From NCBI RefSeq assembly GCF_009914755.1, contig NC_060928.1: a stretch of DNA of 64,000 nt; one strand, given 5' to 3'. The position numbers were made by a program, and so were the translations under genes. The notes beneath the pieces were generated by a model that was not told the origin of the DNA, made no database searches, and was given only the letters and a program-made list of their open reading frames with translations. Source of the DNA: the human T2T-CHM13v2.0 reference genome, Homo sapiens. Positions 28,760 to 41,873 of this stretch are shown here, one piece after another; position 1 is the stretch's first letter; each line of letters opens with the position of its first letter.

Positions 28760-28898
28760 ATATCTATCTATCTATATATACATATATATACATATATACA
28801 TATATATACACATATATACATATATATACTATATATATATACACACACACATTATATATATATATATATATAATGTGTGTGTGTATATATATATATAT
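28760..28898. repeat. Compound (TA)n/(CA)n/(TG)n microsatellite containing a perfect palindrome
   Basis: Read directly; 28830-28895 is self-complementary. Confidence 0.95.
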
Positions 28899-31719
28899 CT
28901 TCTTTTGCAGCCTGTTTTGAAGTTACCAGTGCTCAGGTGACTAGTTTCAGCCAAGGGATATAAGAAAAAGTCTGCTATTGAACATCTGGCCAAGACATTT
29001 TTTCTTCCTGATAAAGGAAGAGAAATAGAAACCAAGTTTTCTCTTTATACTTTGAGCTGACTCCGTAATATAGCAACAAAAGGTGACGTGCCTAAGGATG
29101 AAAACCAACAGCTGGGGATAGAACCATAAAAAAAAAAAGAAAAGAAACTGGACTCTTGATGACAATGTTGAATCTTCAAACCAACCTTAGGACCAGATAC
29201 ATATGGGTTTTCTTTTTCTTGAAGCCGAATGCACTGAATCACAAGCACTTTTGTTTCTCCTTTCTGAGAGATCTGGGTATTATATAAAAATCTCTGACTC
29301 AAGAGATCCCTCTCTTGTGTTTGAAATATTGCTGTCCACTCTGGATTCTCAGGGCATGCTCTGATGAGGGCCAGCCGTTATCCTGGCTCTGCACCCCAAG
29401 CATTTGGCAAGTGCTACTCAGGAAGTACCCATGAGTGATGGCTCAATGAAAGGGTGTTCGAATGTTGACAACCAGCAGGATCCACTGGACTCTTCCACCG
29501 GATGAAATAATAATAAATAACCCAAAGCGAGCAGCTCAGATGGGCTAGAACACTGCCTAAAATTATCCTAAAATCCCCTGAACTAGAAAGCAAAAAAAAA
29601 TTAGCTAGTGAAGAGAGCACGGGAGAGTCAAGTGAGTCCATGCGTGTTGGGTCTGAGGACAAGGGGCAACAGAACAGCACACAGGGTGGAGAACACTCAC
29701 AGCCAAAAGACATGGGGAGGCTCTAATTTCTTAGGAAGCACGTTGCTTCTCAAGTCTCAGGGCGGCCAGTGGATCTTGGTGATTTGAGTATCATGGTGAC
29801 CATGGCACCACAGCTCAGTGCTGGGTGGAAGTCGTGCCCTATGTGCCTAGTGTCTCCCTTACGCGATTGCGTCCACACATTGGAGATCCTCAGGTCTGAG
29901 GTGCTCCCTCTGACACCAAAATCACTGCCCAGAACAGCATCTGTTGTGGTAGTGAGAAGTGCACACTCGACAAATGGACAAAGATTTCTATTTTTTAAAA
30001 AAGATTTCTCTTTGTTAAAAAATATTTCTCTGGAATGAATATAAGAAATTAACAGCGGTGCTCATTTGCTTGGGCAGGGGAGGAAAACAGGGAACAGGGT
30101 TGAGCGCAGACCACTGTGCACCTTTTTAAACTGCAAAATTTTAAAACATCATGAATACGATGCCCATTCAAAAGTAAGTAAGTTTGAAGTAACTGAAGTG
30201 GAAGCAACACTGAGTGCCTGGGCAGGGAGTGCTGGTGTCTGGTGAGGAAGGAGGAGAGTACAGAGAGGTGAGCCCTCAGAGTCCCATGCAGTCTGCTGTA
30301 GACCAAGCTCAGAAGCAGAACTGACCTGACCCACAGCTCACCGGGGAGCAGAATGGCCACGACCAACAACTGAGACTGGGGAAATACTCAGAATAAGCAA
30401 AAGGGAAAATGTGGAGGATGTGCCATGCCAGGTCCAAAACTGATATACGGAATGTTTTCAACTATGAAACGAATTAATGCCAGAATATTGTGTTTCCTAA
30501 TCACTCTCATTCTATTATTTGGCTCACAATCAAACTTGGTAGTGCTTTAAACATAGATTTGTTAGTAACGATGAAAAATGAGATAAGCAGCATGTGGTAA
30601 TAAGAAAGATTACTTGGGTGTATCCAGACAACAGAGGAATTCAAAATAAACAACATAATGAGAGACTTCATCATTTCTAAGGAAACAAAGCTTTGATTTT
30701 TAAGATTCTTTCTTTTGTTTAATCATTTGAATAGAAAAATATAGTGCTTGAAATTTCTGAAAATTTTAAATGTTCAGTTAGTTACACTGAGACAATATTT
30801 CTCTCATGCAATCTGTGAATGCTGCAAATCATCAAGATAAAAAGCTTATAAATACTTATTCCTAAGAGGGCTTTGTATATTAATCCTCATCTTTGGAAAA
30901 CAACCAGGGAAGGACCAGGCTAAGCAGAAAAGCAGGGGCCAGCACACCACCACCCTCCTGCAGGGAGCACACAGAGAGAGCCTCCTACAGGCTGGAGCTT
31001 GAGGTCTAGAGGGAGGCGGTGGCCAGTGTGACACGCACTGTCCACCATGGGGGCAGGGTCCATGCAAGCACTAAAGGTGGCAGGCCTGGAGCAGCTGAGT
31101 CCCACAGGGCACCTAGAGGCTTGGGGGAGGGTGCAGGCTTGCTCAGGTCATGAAGTCAAGTCCTTTTTCAACCCTTGTGCTCTCCACTGGGGAAGAGACT
31201 TGCAGAGGCATCTGGACCTGGCTCTACAGGGGCATGGGTGGCACGGTTAGGCTACTATACTAGCTCTGGCCAAAAACACTAGAAACAAATGAACCAGCAC
31301 AGGCAGAAATGTGACAGAAGACCATGCTGGGGACCTGGTCACCACTTTCAAACTCTCCCAAGTGATCAAGAGATCACTTACTAGGACCTCACTGTTAAGA
31401 GTAAAAAGAGCTAATTTTACGAGAATAATTAGAAAAATCAGAAGTAAATAATGCTTAAACAGAACCTAAAACTGTAACAAGACCACTGGGTTTTTAGATT
31501 GGCTTTTGGTCTCGACACAAATTAAGTGGATGTTATTGCTTAGAGAACTTGCAGTGGCCTCAGTTGGCCTTCTGCAAGCAAATTCTTCTTGGAGAAAGTA
31601 GGCTTTTCCACAAATTTGTCTTTTAGCAATATTCTAACAAACTGCACTAAAATTGCCTTGCACAAACTATCACAACTCCACAACAATGCAGCCTTACAAT
31701 GGGCCAGACACTACACATC

Positions 31720-32240
31720 AGTGCTTCAAAGATGTGTGTCCTTTTGATCCAGCAATTATGTCTAGGAATTTATCTGAGGAAGTAACCAGGGAAGCAAAAA
31801 TATGCATGTTCACAGATGCTCATCACAGTGTCACTTTGAGGACCAAAGTGGAAACTGAAAACTGTAGGATAATTCAAGAGATGATGCTTTAACCTCTCTA
31901 TCTTACTTCCTCCCCTGGATTCCTTAAGAAAAGAAAAACAGCAATTTCTCATAAGAAAAATATATACAAAAACCCTACTGATATGGGAAGATGCCCCCTT
32001 CATGTGAGGTGTGCATCATAGTCTACCACAGTGTACCATTATAGCTCCTTCTTTTGTTATGAGCAAAATTAGCATGGCTGGCCACAGAGGAAACATATGG
32101 AAGAGCCCACACAGTTGGTGATGTGTTTATTGTCTTTTGGTGGAAGGAATACAGGTCATCTTTATTTTCTTTACATTTTCTACATTTTCAGAACTTTTGC
32201 AAATAGTGTATATAAACCAGAAATGAAAATAAACGAAATA
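31720..32240 (+). mobile_element. Highly degraded L1ME 3' fragments
   Basis: cttttgatccagcaatt...ctaggaatttatct motif and a T-rich terminal stretch. Confidence 0.5.
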
Positions 32241-33699
32241 AAACAAAACAAGGTATGTATGTGCAAATGTATTCTAAATGTTATGAGGTCCCAATTCCAC
32301 TGATGAGGATTCCTAGGGTAAGAAAGCTCCTAGGGAGGGAGAACTAGCAAGATGGCCAAATAGGAACAGCTGCAGTCTGCAGCTCTCAGTGAGATCAATG
32401 CAGAAGGTGGGTGAATTCTGCATTTCCAACTGAGGTACCCAGCTCATCTCATTGGGACTGGTTAGACAGTGGGTGCAGCCCACAGAAAGCAAGACAAAGC
32501 AGGGTGGGGCATTGCCTCAGCCAGGAAGCAGAAGGGGTCAGGGAGCTCCCTCCTCTAGCAAAGGGAAGCCATGAAGGACTGTGCAGTGAGTAATGGTGCA
32601 TTCCGGCCCAGATACTATGCTTTTCCCATTGTCTTCACAACCCGCAGACCAGGAGATTCCCTCAGGTGCCTACACCACCAGGGCCCTGGGTTTCAAGACT
32701 AAAACTGGGTGGCCGTTTGGGCAGATGCCAAATTAGCTGCAGTTTTTTTTTTTTTTTTTTTTTTTTTTTCATATCCCAGTGGCTCCTGGAACACCAGCAA
32801 GACAGAACCATTTACTCCCCTGGAAAGGGGGCTTAAGCCAGGGAGCCAAGTGGTCTAGCTCAGTGGATCCCACCCTCCTGGAGTCCAGCAAACTAAGATC
32901 CACTGGCTGGAAATTCTCGCTGCCAGCAGAGCAGGCTGAAGTCGACCTGAATGCTAGAGCTTGGTGGTGGGGAGGGGGCAGTTGTCCACCATTACTGAGG
33001 CTTGAGTAGGCAGTTTCCCTCTCACAGTGTAAACACAGCCGCTGGGAAGTTCGAACTTGGGGAGCCCAACACAGTTTGGCAAAGCCGCTGTAGCCAGTCT
33101 GCCTCTCTAGATTCCTCCTCTATGGGCAGGCCATGTCTGAAAGAAAGGCAGCAGCCCCAGTCAGGGGCTAATAGATAAAACCCCCATGTCCCTGGAACAG
33201 AGAACCCGGGGGAAGGGGCAGCTGTGGGCACAGCTTCAGCAGACTTAAACATTCCTGCCTGCTGGCTCTGAAGAGAGCAGCAGATCACCCAGAACAACAC
33301 TCGAGCTCTGCTAAGAAACAGACTGCCTCCTCAACTGGGTCCCTGACCCCTGTGCTGCCTGACTGGGAAATATCTCCCAGCAGGGGTCGACAGACACCTC
33401 ATACAGGAGGGCTCCAGCTGGCACATGGCGGCTGCCCCTCTGGGATGAAGCTTCCAGAGGAAGGAACAGGCAGCAATCCTTGCTGTTCTGCAGCCAGTGC
33501 TGGTGATACCCAGGAAAACAGGGTCTGGAGGAGACCTCCAGCAAACTCCAGCAGACCTGCAGCAGAGGGGCCTTACTGTTAGAAGGAAAACTAGCAAACA
33601 GAAAGGAATAGCATCAACATCAGCAAAAACGACATCCACACAAAAAACCCATCCGAAGGTCACCAACATCAAAGAAGAAATGTAGATAAATCCACGAAG

Positions 33700-34715
33700 A
33701 TGAGGACAAAACCAGCACAAAAAGGCTGAAAATTCCGAAAACAAGAATGCCTCTTCCCCACAACTCCTCAGCAGCAAGGGAACAAAACTGGACAAAGAAT
33801 GAGTTTGATGAACTGATAGAAGTAGGCTTTGGAAGGTGGATAATAACAAACTCCTTCGAGGTGAAGGAGCATGTTCTAACCCAATGGAAGGAAGCTAAAA
33901 AACTCGAAAAAAGTTTAGAGGAATTGCTAACTAAATTAACCAGTTTGGAGAAGAATATAAATGACCTGATGGAGCTGAAAAACACAGCACGAGAACTTCA
34001 TGAAGCATACACAAGTATCAATAGCCAAATCGATCAAGGGGAAGAAAGGATATCTGAAATTGCAGATCAACTTAATGAAATAAAGAGTGTAAACAAGATT
34101 AGAGAACAAAAGAATGAAAAGGAACAAACAAAGCCTTCAAGAAATATGGGACTGTGTGAAAAGACCAAAGCTAGGTTTGATTGGTGTACCTGAAAGTGAT
34201 GGGGAGAATGGAACCAAGTTGGAAAACACTCTTCAGGATATCATCCAGGATAACTTCCCCAACATAGCAAGACAGGCCAACATTCAAATTTAGGAAATAC
34301 AGAGAACACCACAAAGATACTTCTCAAGAACAGCAACTGCCAAGACACATATTCGTCAGATTCATCAAGGTTGAAATGAAGGAAAAAATGTTAAGGGCAG
34401 CCAGAGAGAAAGGTCAGGTTACTAACAAAGGGAAGTTCATCAGACTAACAGCAGATCTATCTGCAGAAACCCTACAAGCCAGAAGAGAGTGGAGGCCAAT
34501 ATTCAACATTCTTAAAGAAAAGAATTTTCAACCTAGAATTTCATATCCAGCCAAAGTAAGCTTCATAAGCGAAGGAGAAATAACATCCTTTACAAACAAA
34601 CAAATGCTGAGAGATTTTGTCACTACCAGGCCTACCTTACAAGAGCTCCTGAACGAAGCACTAAATATGGAAAGGAAAAACTGGTAGCAGCCATGCAAAA
34701 ACATACCAAACTGTA
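33700..34715 (+). pseudogene. L1 ORF1p, frameshifted and with stops
   Basis: ORFs 33747..34193 (EQNWTKNEFDEL) and 34376..34687 (KEKMLRAAREKGQVT...NFQPRISYPAK). Confidence 0.92.
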
Positions 34716-34779
34716 AAGACCATTGACGCTATGAAGAAACTGCATCAACTAATGGCCAAAATAGCCAGCTAGCGTCATG

Positions 34780-37700
34780 ATGACAGGATCAAATTCACAC
34801 ATAACAATATTAGACTTAAAGGCAAATGGGCTAAATGCCCCAATTAAAAGACACAGACTGGTAAATTGGATAAAGTGTCAGGACCATCGGTGTCCTGTAT
34901 TCAAGAGACCCATCTCATGTGCAGAGACACACATAGGCTCAAAATAAAGGGATGGAGGAATATTTACCAAGTAAATAGAACACACAAAAAAAGAAGGGGT
35001 TGCAATCCTAGTCTCTGATAAAACAGACTTTAAACCAGCAAAGATCCAAAAAGACAAAGAAGGGCATTACATAATGGTAAAATAATCAATGCAACAAGAA
35101 GAGTTAACTATCCTAAATATATATGCACCCAATACAGGAGCACCCAGATTCATAAAGCAAGTTCTTAGAGACCTTCAAAGAGACTTAGACTCCCACACAA
35201 TAATAGTAGGAGACTTTAACACCCCACTGTCAATATTAGAAAGATCAACGAGACAGAAAATTAACAAGAATATTCAGGACTTGAACTCAGCTGTGGACCA
35301 AGTGCACCTAGTAGACATCTACAGAACTCTCCACACCAAATCAACAGAATATACATTCTTCTCAGCACCACATTACACTTATTTTAAAGTTGACCACATA
35401 ATTGAAAGTGAAACACTCTTCAGCAAATGAAAAAGAATGGAAAGCATAACAAACAGTCCATCAGATCACAGTGCAATCAAATTAGAACTCAAGATTAAGA
35501 CACTCACTCAAAAATGCACAACTACATGGAAACTGTACAATCTGCTCCTGAATGACTACTGGATAAATAACAAAATTAAGACAGAAATAAATAAGTTCTT
35601 TGAAACCAATGAGAACAAAGACACAATGTACCAGAATTTCTGGGACATAGCTAAAATGGTATTTAGAGGAAAATTTATAGCACTAAATGCCCACAAGAGA
35701 AAGCAGGAAAGATCTAAAATCAACACCCTAACATAACAATTAAAAGGACTAGAGAAGCAAGAACAAAGTCAAAAGCTGGCAGAAAACAAGAAATAACTAA
35801 GATCAGAACAGAACTGAAGGAGATAGAGACATGAAAACCCCTTCAAAAAAATCAATGAATCGAGGAACTAGTTTTTTGAAAAGATTATCAAAATAGATAG
35901 ACCACTAGCCACACTAACAAAGAAGAAAAGAGAGAAGAATCAAATTGACACAATAAAAAATGATAAAGGGGATATCACCTCTGATCTCACAGAAATACAA
36001 ACTACCATCAGAGAATATAATAAACACCTCTATGCAAATAAACTAGAAAATCTAGAAGAAATGAATAAATTCCTGGACACATACACCGTCCCAAGACTAA
36101 CCCAGGAAGAAGTTGAATCCCTGAATAGACCAATAATAAGTTCTGAAATGGAGTAAGTAATTAATAGCCTACCAATCAAAAAAAGCCCAGGACCAGGTGG
36201 ATTCACAGCTGAATTCTACGTACAAAGAGGAGCTGGTACCATTCCTTCTGAAGCTATTCCAAATAATAGGAAAAGAGGGACTCCTCACTAACTCATTTTA
36301 TGGGGCCAGCATCATCCTGTTACCAAAACCTGGCAGAGACACAACAAAAAAAGAATATTTCAGGCCAATATCCCTGATGAACATTGATGCGAAAATCCTT
36401 AATAAAATACTGGCAAACCAAATCCAACAGCACATCAAAAAGCTTATCCACTGTGATCAAGTCAGCTTCATCCCTGGGATGCAAGGCTGGTTCAACATAG
36501 GCAAATCAATAAACGTAATCCATCACATAAACAGAACCAGTGACAAAAACTATATGATTATCTCAATAGATGCAGTAAAGGTCTTTGATAAAATTCAACA
36601 TCCCTTCATGCTAAAAACTCTCAGTAAACTAGGTATTGATGGAACATATCTCAAGATAATAAGAGCTATTTATGACAAACCCACAGCCAATATCATACTG
36701 AATGGGCAAAAGCTGGAAGCATTCCCTTTGAAAACCAGCACAAGACAAGGATGCCCTCTCTCACCACTCCTATTCAACATAGTGTTGGAAGTTCTGGCCA
36801 GGGCAATCAGGCAAGAGAAAGAAATAAAATGTATTCAAATAGGAAGTCAAATTATCTCTGTTTGCAGATGACATGATTGTATATTTAGAAAACCCCATCG
36901 TCTCTGCCCAAAATCTCCTTAAGCTGATAAGTGACTTCAGCAAAGTCTCAGGATACAAAATCAATGTGCAAAAATCACAAGCATTCCTATACACCAATAA
37001 GAGACAAACAGAGAGCAAAATCATGAGTGAACTCCCACTCACAATTGCTACAAAGAGAATGAAATACCTAGGAATACAACTTACAAGGGATGAGAAGGAC
37101 CTCTTCAAGGAGAACTACAAACAACTGCTCAAGGCAATAAGAGAGGACACAAACAGAAAAAAATTCCATGCTTATGGATAGGAAGAATCAATATCATGAA
37201 AATAGCCATACTGCACAAGTAATTTATAGATTCGATGCTATCTCCATCAAGCTATCATTGACTTTCTTCATAGAATTAGAAAAAAACAACTTTAAATTTC
37301 ATATGGAACCAAAAAAGAGCCCATATAGCCAAGGCAATCCTAAGCAAAAGGAACGAAGCTGGAGGCATCACACTACCTGACTTCAAACTGTAGTACAAGC
37401 CTGCAGTAGCCAAAACAGCATGGTACTGGTACCAAAACAGATATATAGACCAATGGAACAGAACAGAGCCCTCAGAAATAATGCCACACATGTATAACCA
37501 CCTGATCTTTGACAAACCTGACAAAAACAAGCAATGGAGAAAGGATTCCCTATTTAATAAATGGTGTTGGGAAAACTGGCTAGCCATATGCAGAAAACAG
37601 AAGCTGGACCCTCTCCTTACACCTTATAGAAAAATTAGCTCAAGATGGATTAAAGACTTAAATGTTAGACCTAAAACCATAAAAACCCTAGAAGAAAACC

Positions 37701-38583
37701 TAGGCAACACCATTCAGGACATAGGCATGGGCAAAGACTTCATGACTAAAACACCAAAAGCAATGGCAACAAAAGTAAAAATTGACAAATGAAATCTAAT
37801 TAAACTAAAGAGCTTCTGCACAGCAAAAGAAACTATTATCAGCATGAACAGGCAACCAATAGAATGGGAGAAAATTTTTGCAATGTATCCATCTGACGAA
37901 GGGCTAATATCCAGAATCTACAAGGAACTTATACAAATTTACAAGAATAAAAAAAAAAATCCCAGCAAAAAGTGGGCAAAAGATATGAACAGACACTTCA
38001 CAAAAGAAGATATTTATGCGGCCAACAATCATATGAAAAAAAGCTCATCATCACTGGTCATTAGAGAAATGCAAATCAAAACCACAATGAGATACCATCT
38101 CACGCCAGTTAGAATGGTGATCATGAAAAAGTCAGGAAACAACAGATGCTGGATAGGATGTGAAGATATAGGAACACTTTTACACTGTTGGTGGGAATGT
38201 AAATTAGTTCAACTATTGTGGAAGACAGTGTAGTAATTCCTCAAGGATCTAGAACCAGAAGTACCATTTAACTCAGCAATCCCATTACTGAGTATATACC
38301 CAAATGGATGTACATCATTCTATTAAGACACATGAGCACATATGTTTATTGCAGCACTATTCACAATAGCAAAGACTTGGAACCAACCCAAATGCCCCTC
38401 AATGATAGACTGGATAAAGAAAATGTGGCACATATACACCATGGAATACTATGCAGCCATAACAAAGATGAGTTCATGTCCTTTGCAGGGACATGGATGA
38501 AGCTGGAAACCATCATTCTCAGCAAACTAACACAGGAACAGAAAACCAAATACCACATGTTCTCACTCATAAGTGGGAGTTGA
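34780..38583 (+). pseudogene. L1 ORF2p (endonuclease/reverse transcriptase), disrupted
   Basis: Starts atgacaggatcaaattcacac; [40 protein letters not shown] and C-terminal MFSLISGS spread over several frames. Confidence 0.95.
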
Positions 38584-38942
38584 ACAAAGAGAACACATGG
38601 ACACAGGGAGGGGAACATCACACACCAGGGCCTGTCTAGGGGTGTGGGGCTAGGGGAGGGATAGATTTAGGAGAAATACCTAATATAGATAATGTGTTGA
38701 TGTTGATGGGTGCAGCAAACCACCATGGCACATGTATACCTATGTAACAAACCTGCATGTTCTGCACATGTATCCCAAAACAAAGTATTATAATAATAAT
38801 ATAATAATAATAATAATAATAATAAGCTCCTAGGGTGGGAGTTTCCATAGTTAATAAGAGGCTTCAATGTGAATAAATTCACAAATACATCAGACTTAGT
38901 ACATTTATCAACAGACTTTTATTTCCAGACGAGCTCCCTTAC

Positions 38943-39006
38943 CTTTTCCAGGACTGAGTCTGGACTACAAAGACCTTTAGTTGTCCATTAGCTTCAATTA
39001 GGAGAC
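38943..39006 (-). pseudogene. TFDP1: TFDP1-like coding exon with intact splice sites; unprocessed pseudogene fragment, frameshifted
   Basis: Minus strand ttactttctgcag|GTCTCCTAATTGAAGCTAATGGACAACTAAAGGTCTTTGTAGTCCAGACTCAGTCCTGGAAAAG|gtaagg gives LIEANGQLKVFVVQ then, in another frame, LSPGK; recalled TFDP1 N-terminus is [23 protein letters not shown]. A homologue, not the TFDP1 gene itself. Confidence 0.85.
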
Positions 39007-40362
39007 CTGCAGAAAGTAACAACAACAATATTAAATGCAATATATAAAAGACCTACAAAGCTACAGTTGTTAAAAACTATCATTATCAAAGATTCTGTAA
39101 AATAACATCACAAAAAGACAAATCACTGTTATGAAACAACTCTGGCAACAACCAGGAGGATACCCAGTCTTAGGAGAAGGATTGAAGCTGTGGTTACTCC
39201 TAGTGTGCAAATGGTATAGGTTACTTGGAAATGGTGTGACTATATTATTATAGAGTCAGTGTGATCATTTAAAATCAAGATATTAATAAAAGAAAAAATT
39301 CTTACAATAGAATGTTGAATAAAATGTAGCATATATTTAACACAGAGAGTATTAGGCAAACATTAAGAAGAAATCTTATCAGAATTGTCAGTCTCACCCT
39401 GCTACCACATGAAAGCCAGTGAAAACCTTTTGTTCTCTTCCTATTCTCAGTAAAATGTCAGTTTCCAGGAGCAGGGGACTGACTGTCCCATTCCAAAAGG
39501 AAGTCCCAGAGGCTGTCTGGAAGTGCGTGTTTAGGGCACACACATGACAGCTTGAAGTTCAAGAGTGTGCATATGTGCAACACACTCAAACACCCAAAGT
39601 CAACTGTGTAAGACAATTTACCTTGGGCAGTGGGACTGTGAGGCAGGTATGGAGTATATTAATTTGAGTAAAAAAGTAAACAAACCAAATACATTCAAGT
39701 ACACTCTTACATAGAAGAAACTGGGGTAACAAATTCTGACCTCATGATGTGACCCCAAATGGAAGTCAGAGGTCAGGAAGAGTGAGGGACATGGTTACAA
39801 GTCATGTGGTCAAAACTCAAAGCCCAACGAGGCCACTGGGGAAATTTCATGGTCTTCCAAACTTCACTTTTCTACAGAAGATGAAGGAAGTGAGAGCTTC
39901 CCATGAGCTCCTGAACCATCAGAGAATCATATCCAGGTTGGCTTAGAAAGACCACCAGTGAGAGATCTAACATGTTCAAACCATTGCGGACAACCTTTGC
40001 CAAGCCTTGCTGTGCTGCAGGCCTTTTTCCAGTCTGACAAGAAGGGTGTGAAGGTGCCTTCATAATGACCATTTAGGCCACCTGTTACACAAAGCAAAGG
40101 CCAGCCAGCATGCCAGGCCATGGAGGAAAGCAAGGTGCTTGCATGAGGGCCCTGCAGTTTTCAGGTTTGGGCTTTGAGAGATCAGGTCTAGGTGCTTCCT
40201 GGGAAGTCTCTATCACACTGGCCTCAGCAGGGTTATAGGAACACAGGCTCTGCAATGCCCAGGAGCCTGTCATTTCACACTTGGGCCACACTTGGAAGGC
40301 ACTCTTAATGTCACCACACCTGACGTAGAACTAGCATGGAGAGCTGATAAAAGTATGCTTTG

Positions 40363-40711
<349 letters not shown>

Positions 40712-41460
40712 CTATGTGACCAGTCACCAGCCATGGCCCAGAGGCCAAGAAGTAAAATTCTGTTCTGGGACCCATTAGTGTGTTCTAGATATGATGAGAT
40801 CCAAGAGTTATTCATTACCAGAAGAGGATGCAAGATCCAAGCCAGTTGTGTAAGGCCAGGAGGGTAAGGCCAGGGAGGTTAGGCCTGATGGGTAAGGCCA
40901 AGGAAGATGAGAAGGCCAGAGGGGTAAGGTGAGATAGTTAAGGAAAAGTGAGTAGGACCAAGTGAGTAAGGTCAGTTGGGTAAGGCCAAGACGTTAGGCC
41001 ATGTGTTCAAAAGCAGGTGAACAAGGGCAGGTAGATAAGGCTAGGTGGGTAAGGCACATATGTAAAGCCAGGTGGGTGTGGCCATAAGGGCAATGCTGGG
41101 TGGAGGATAATGCCATCAGAATAAGGACAAAAGGAGAAGGCAAATAAGTTAACTACAAGAAGCTAGGTTCAGTGAGGAAAGCCAGGAGGGAAAGGCCAGG
41201 AAGTTAGAGCTAGGTAGGTAAGGTGATTGAATAATGCCAGGAGGCCCAGTTGGTAAAGGCAAGTGGTTAACATTAGGTAGGTAAGACCAAGTGAATAAGC
41301 CAGGTATGTAAAGCCTCACAGATAGGACCAGGTTCCTGAATAAGGCCAGGAAGTTAATAAGGCCAGGAGATTACAGATAGGAGGTGAGGGGCAGATGGAT
41401 AAGGTCAAGGGGAATTGCAAAGGGAGGTAAGGCCAGAAGGCTAAAAAAAGTGGGTAAGGG

Positions 41461-41873
41461 CAGCACCTAACAGCAATAAGTCAGCTTAAGCACACCCTGG
41501 GAATGACCCTGTGGTCTAAGAAGAATATGTGTCCAGAGTTTCGGGCTAAGGAATCTGGGAGTGGCCAACCTGCAGATTCATTCCTTATCTATGAGGGATA
41601 TCGAAATCCCTGGCCTATTCCATGGAATGCAGGCCTTACAGAGGACTGAGACCCTTTGTTCTGGGTTAAATGAAAGTTGCCAGAAAATGCTATATAAATC
41701 ATGTGCTTTTTACAAATGGTAATGGTTCTCCTGTTCAGCCCACTGCCATTAGATTGTCCTGCATGTAAGTCCTTTCAATAAACCCTATGTCTCATTCACT
41801 GGCTCCAGGTCTTTTCTTTGGCCTTTGAAACATGATGCCATTCCTTTTGAAGTCAATATGGGTCTAGCATGAT
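41461..41873 (+). mobile_element. ERVL-type solo LTR, LTR47-like, inside the array
   Basis: gaatgaccctgtgg...ggagtggccaacc...gggttaaatgaa.gttgccag...tgctatataaa...aataaaccctatgtctc. Confidence 0.8.

Larger units (their letters stand above)
32336..38823 (+). mobile_element. Full-length L1, L1PA7-like, inactive
   Basis: 5'UTR caagatggccaaataggaacagc; ORF1 and ORF2 remnants; L1PA7-type 3'UTR; (taa)n tail; TSD aagctcctaggg at 32324-32335 and 38824-38835. Confidence 0.96.

Noticed and set aside
28627-29035. Tyr/Ile-rich ORFs
   Set aside because: Translations of the TA/CA microsatellite
36197-36871. 224-aa reverse-transcriptase ORF as an active RT
   Set aside because: Fragment of a frameshifted L1 ORF2; the FADD motif is out of frame
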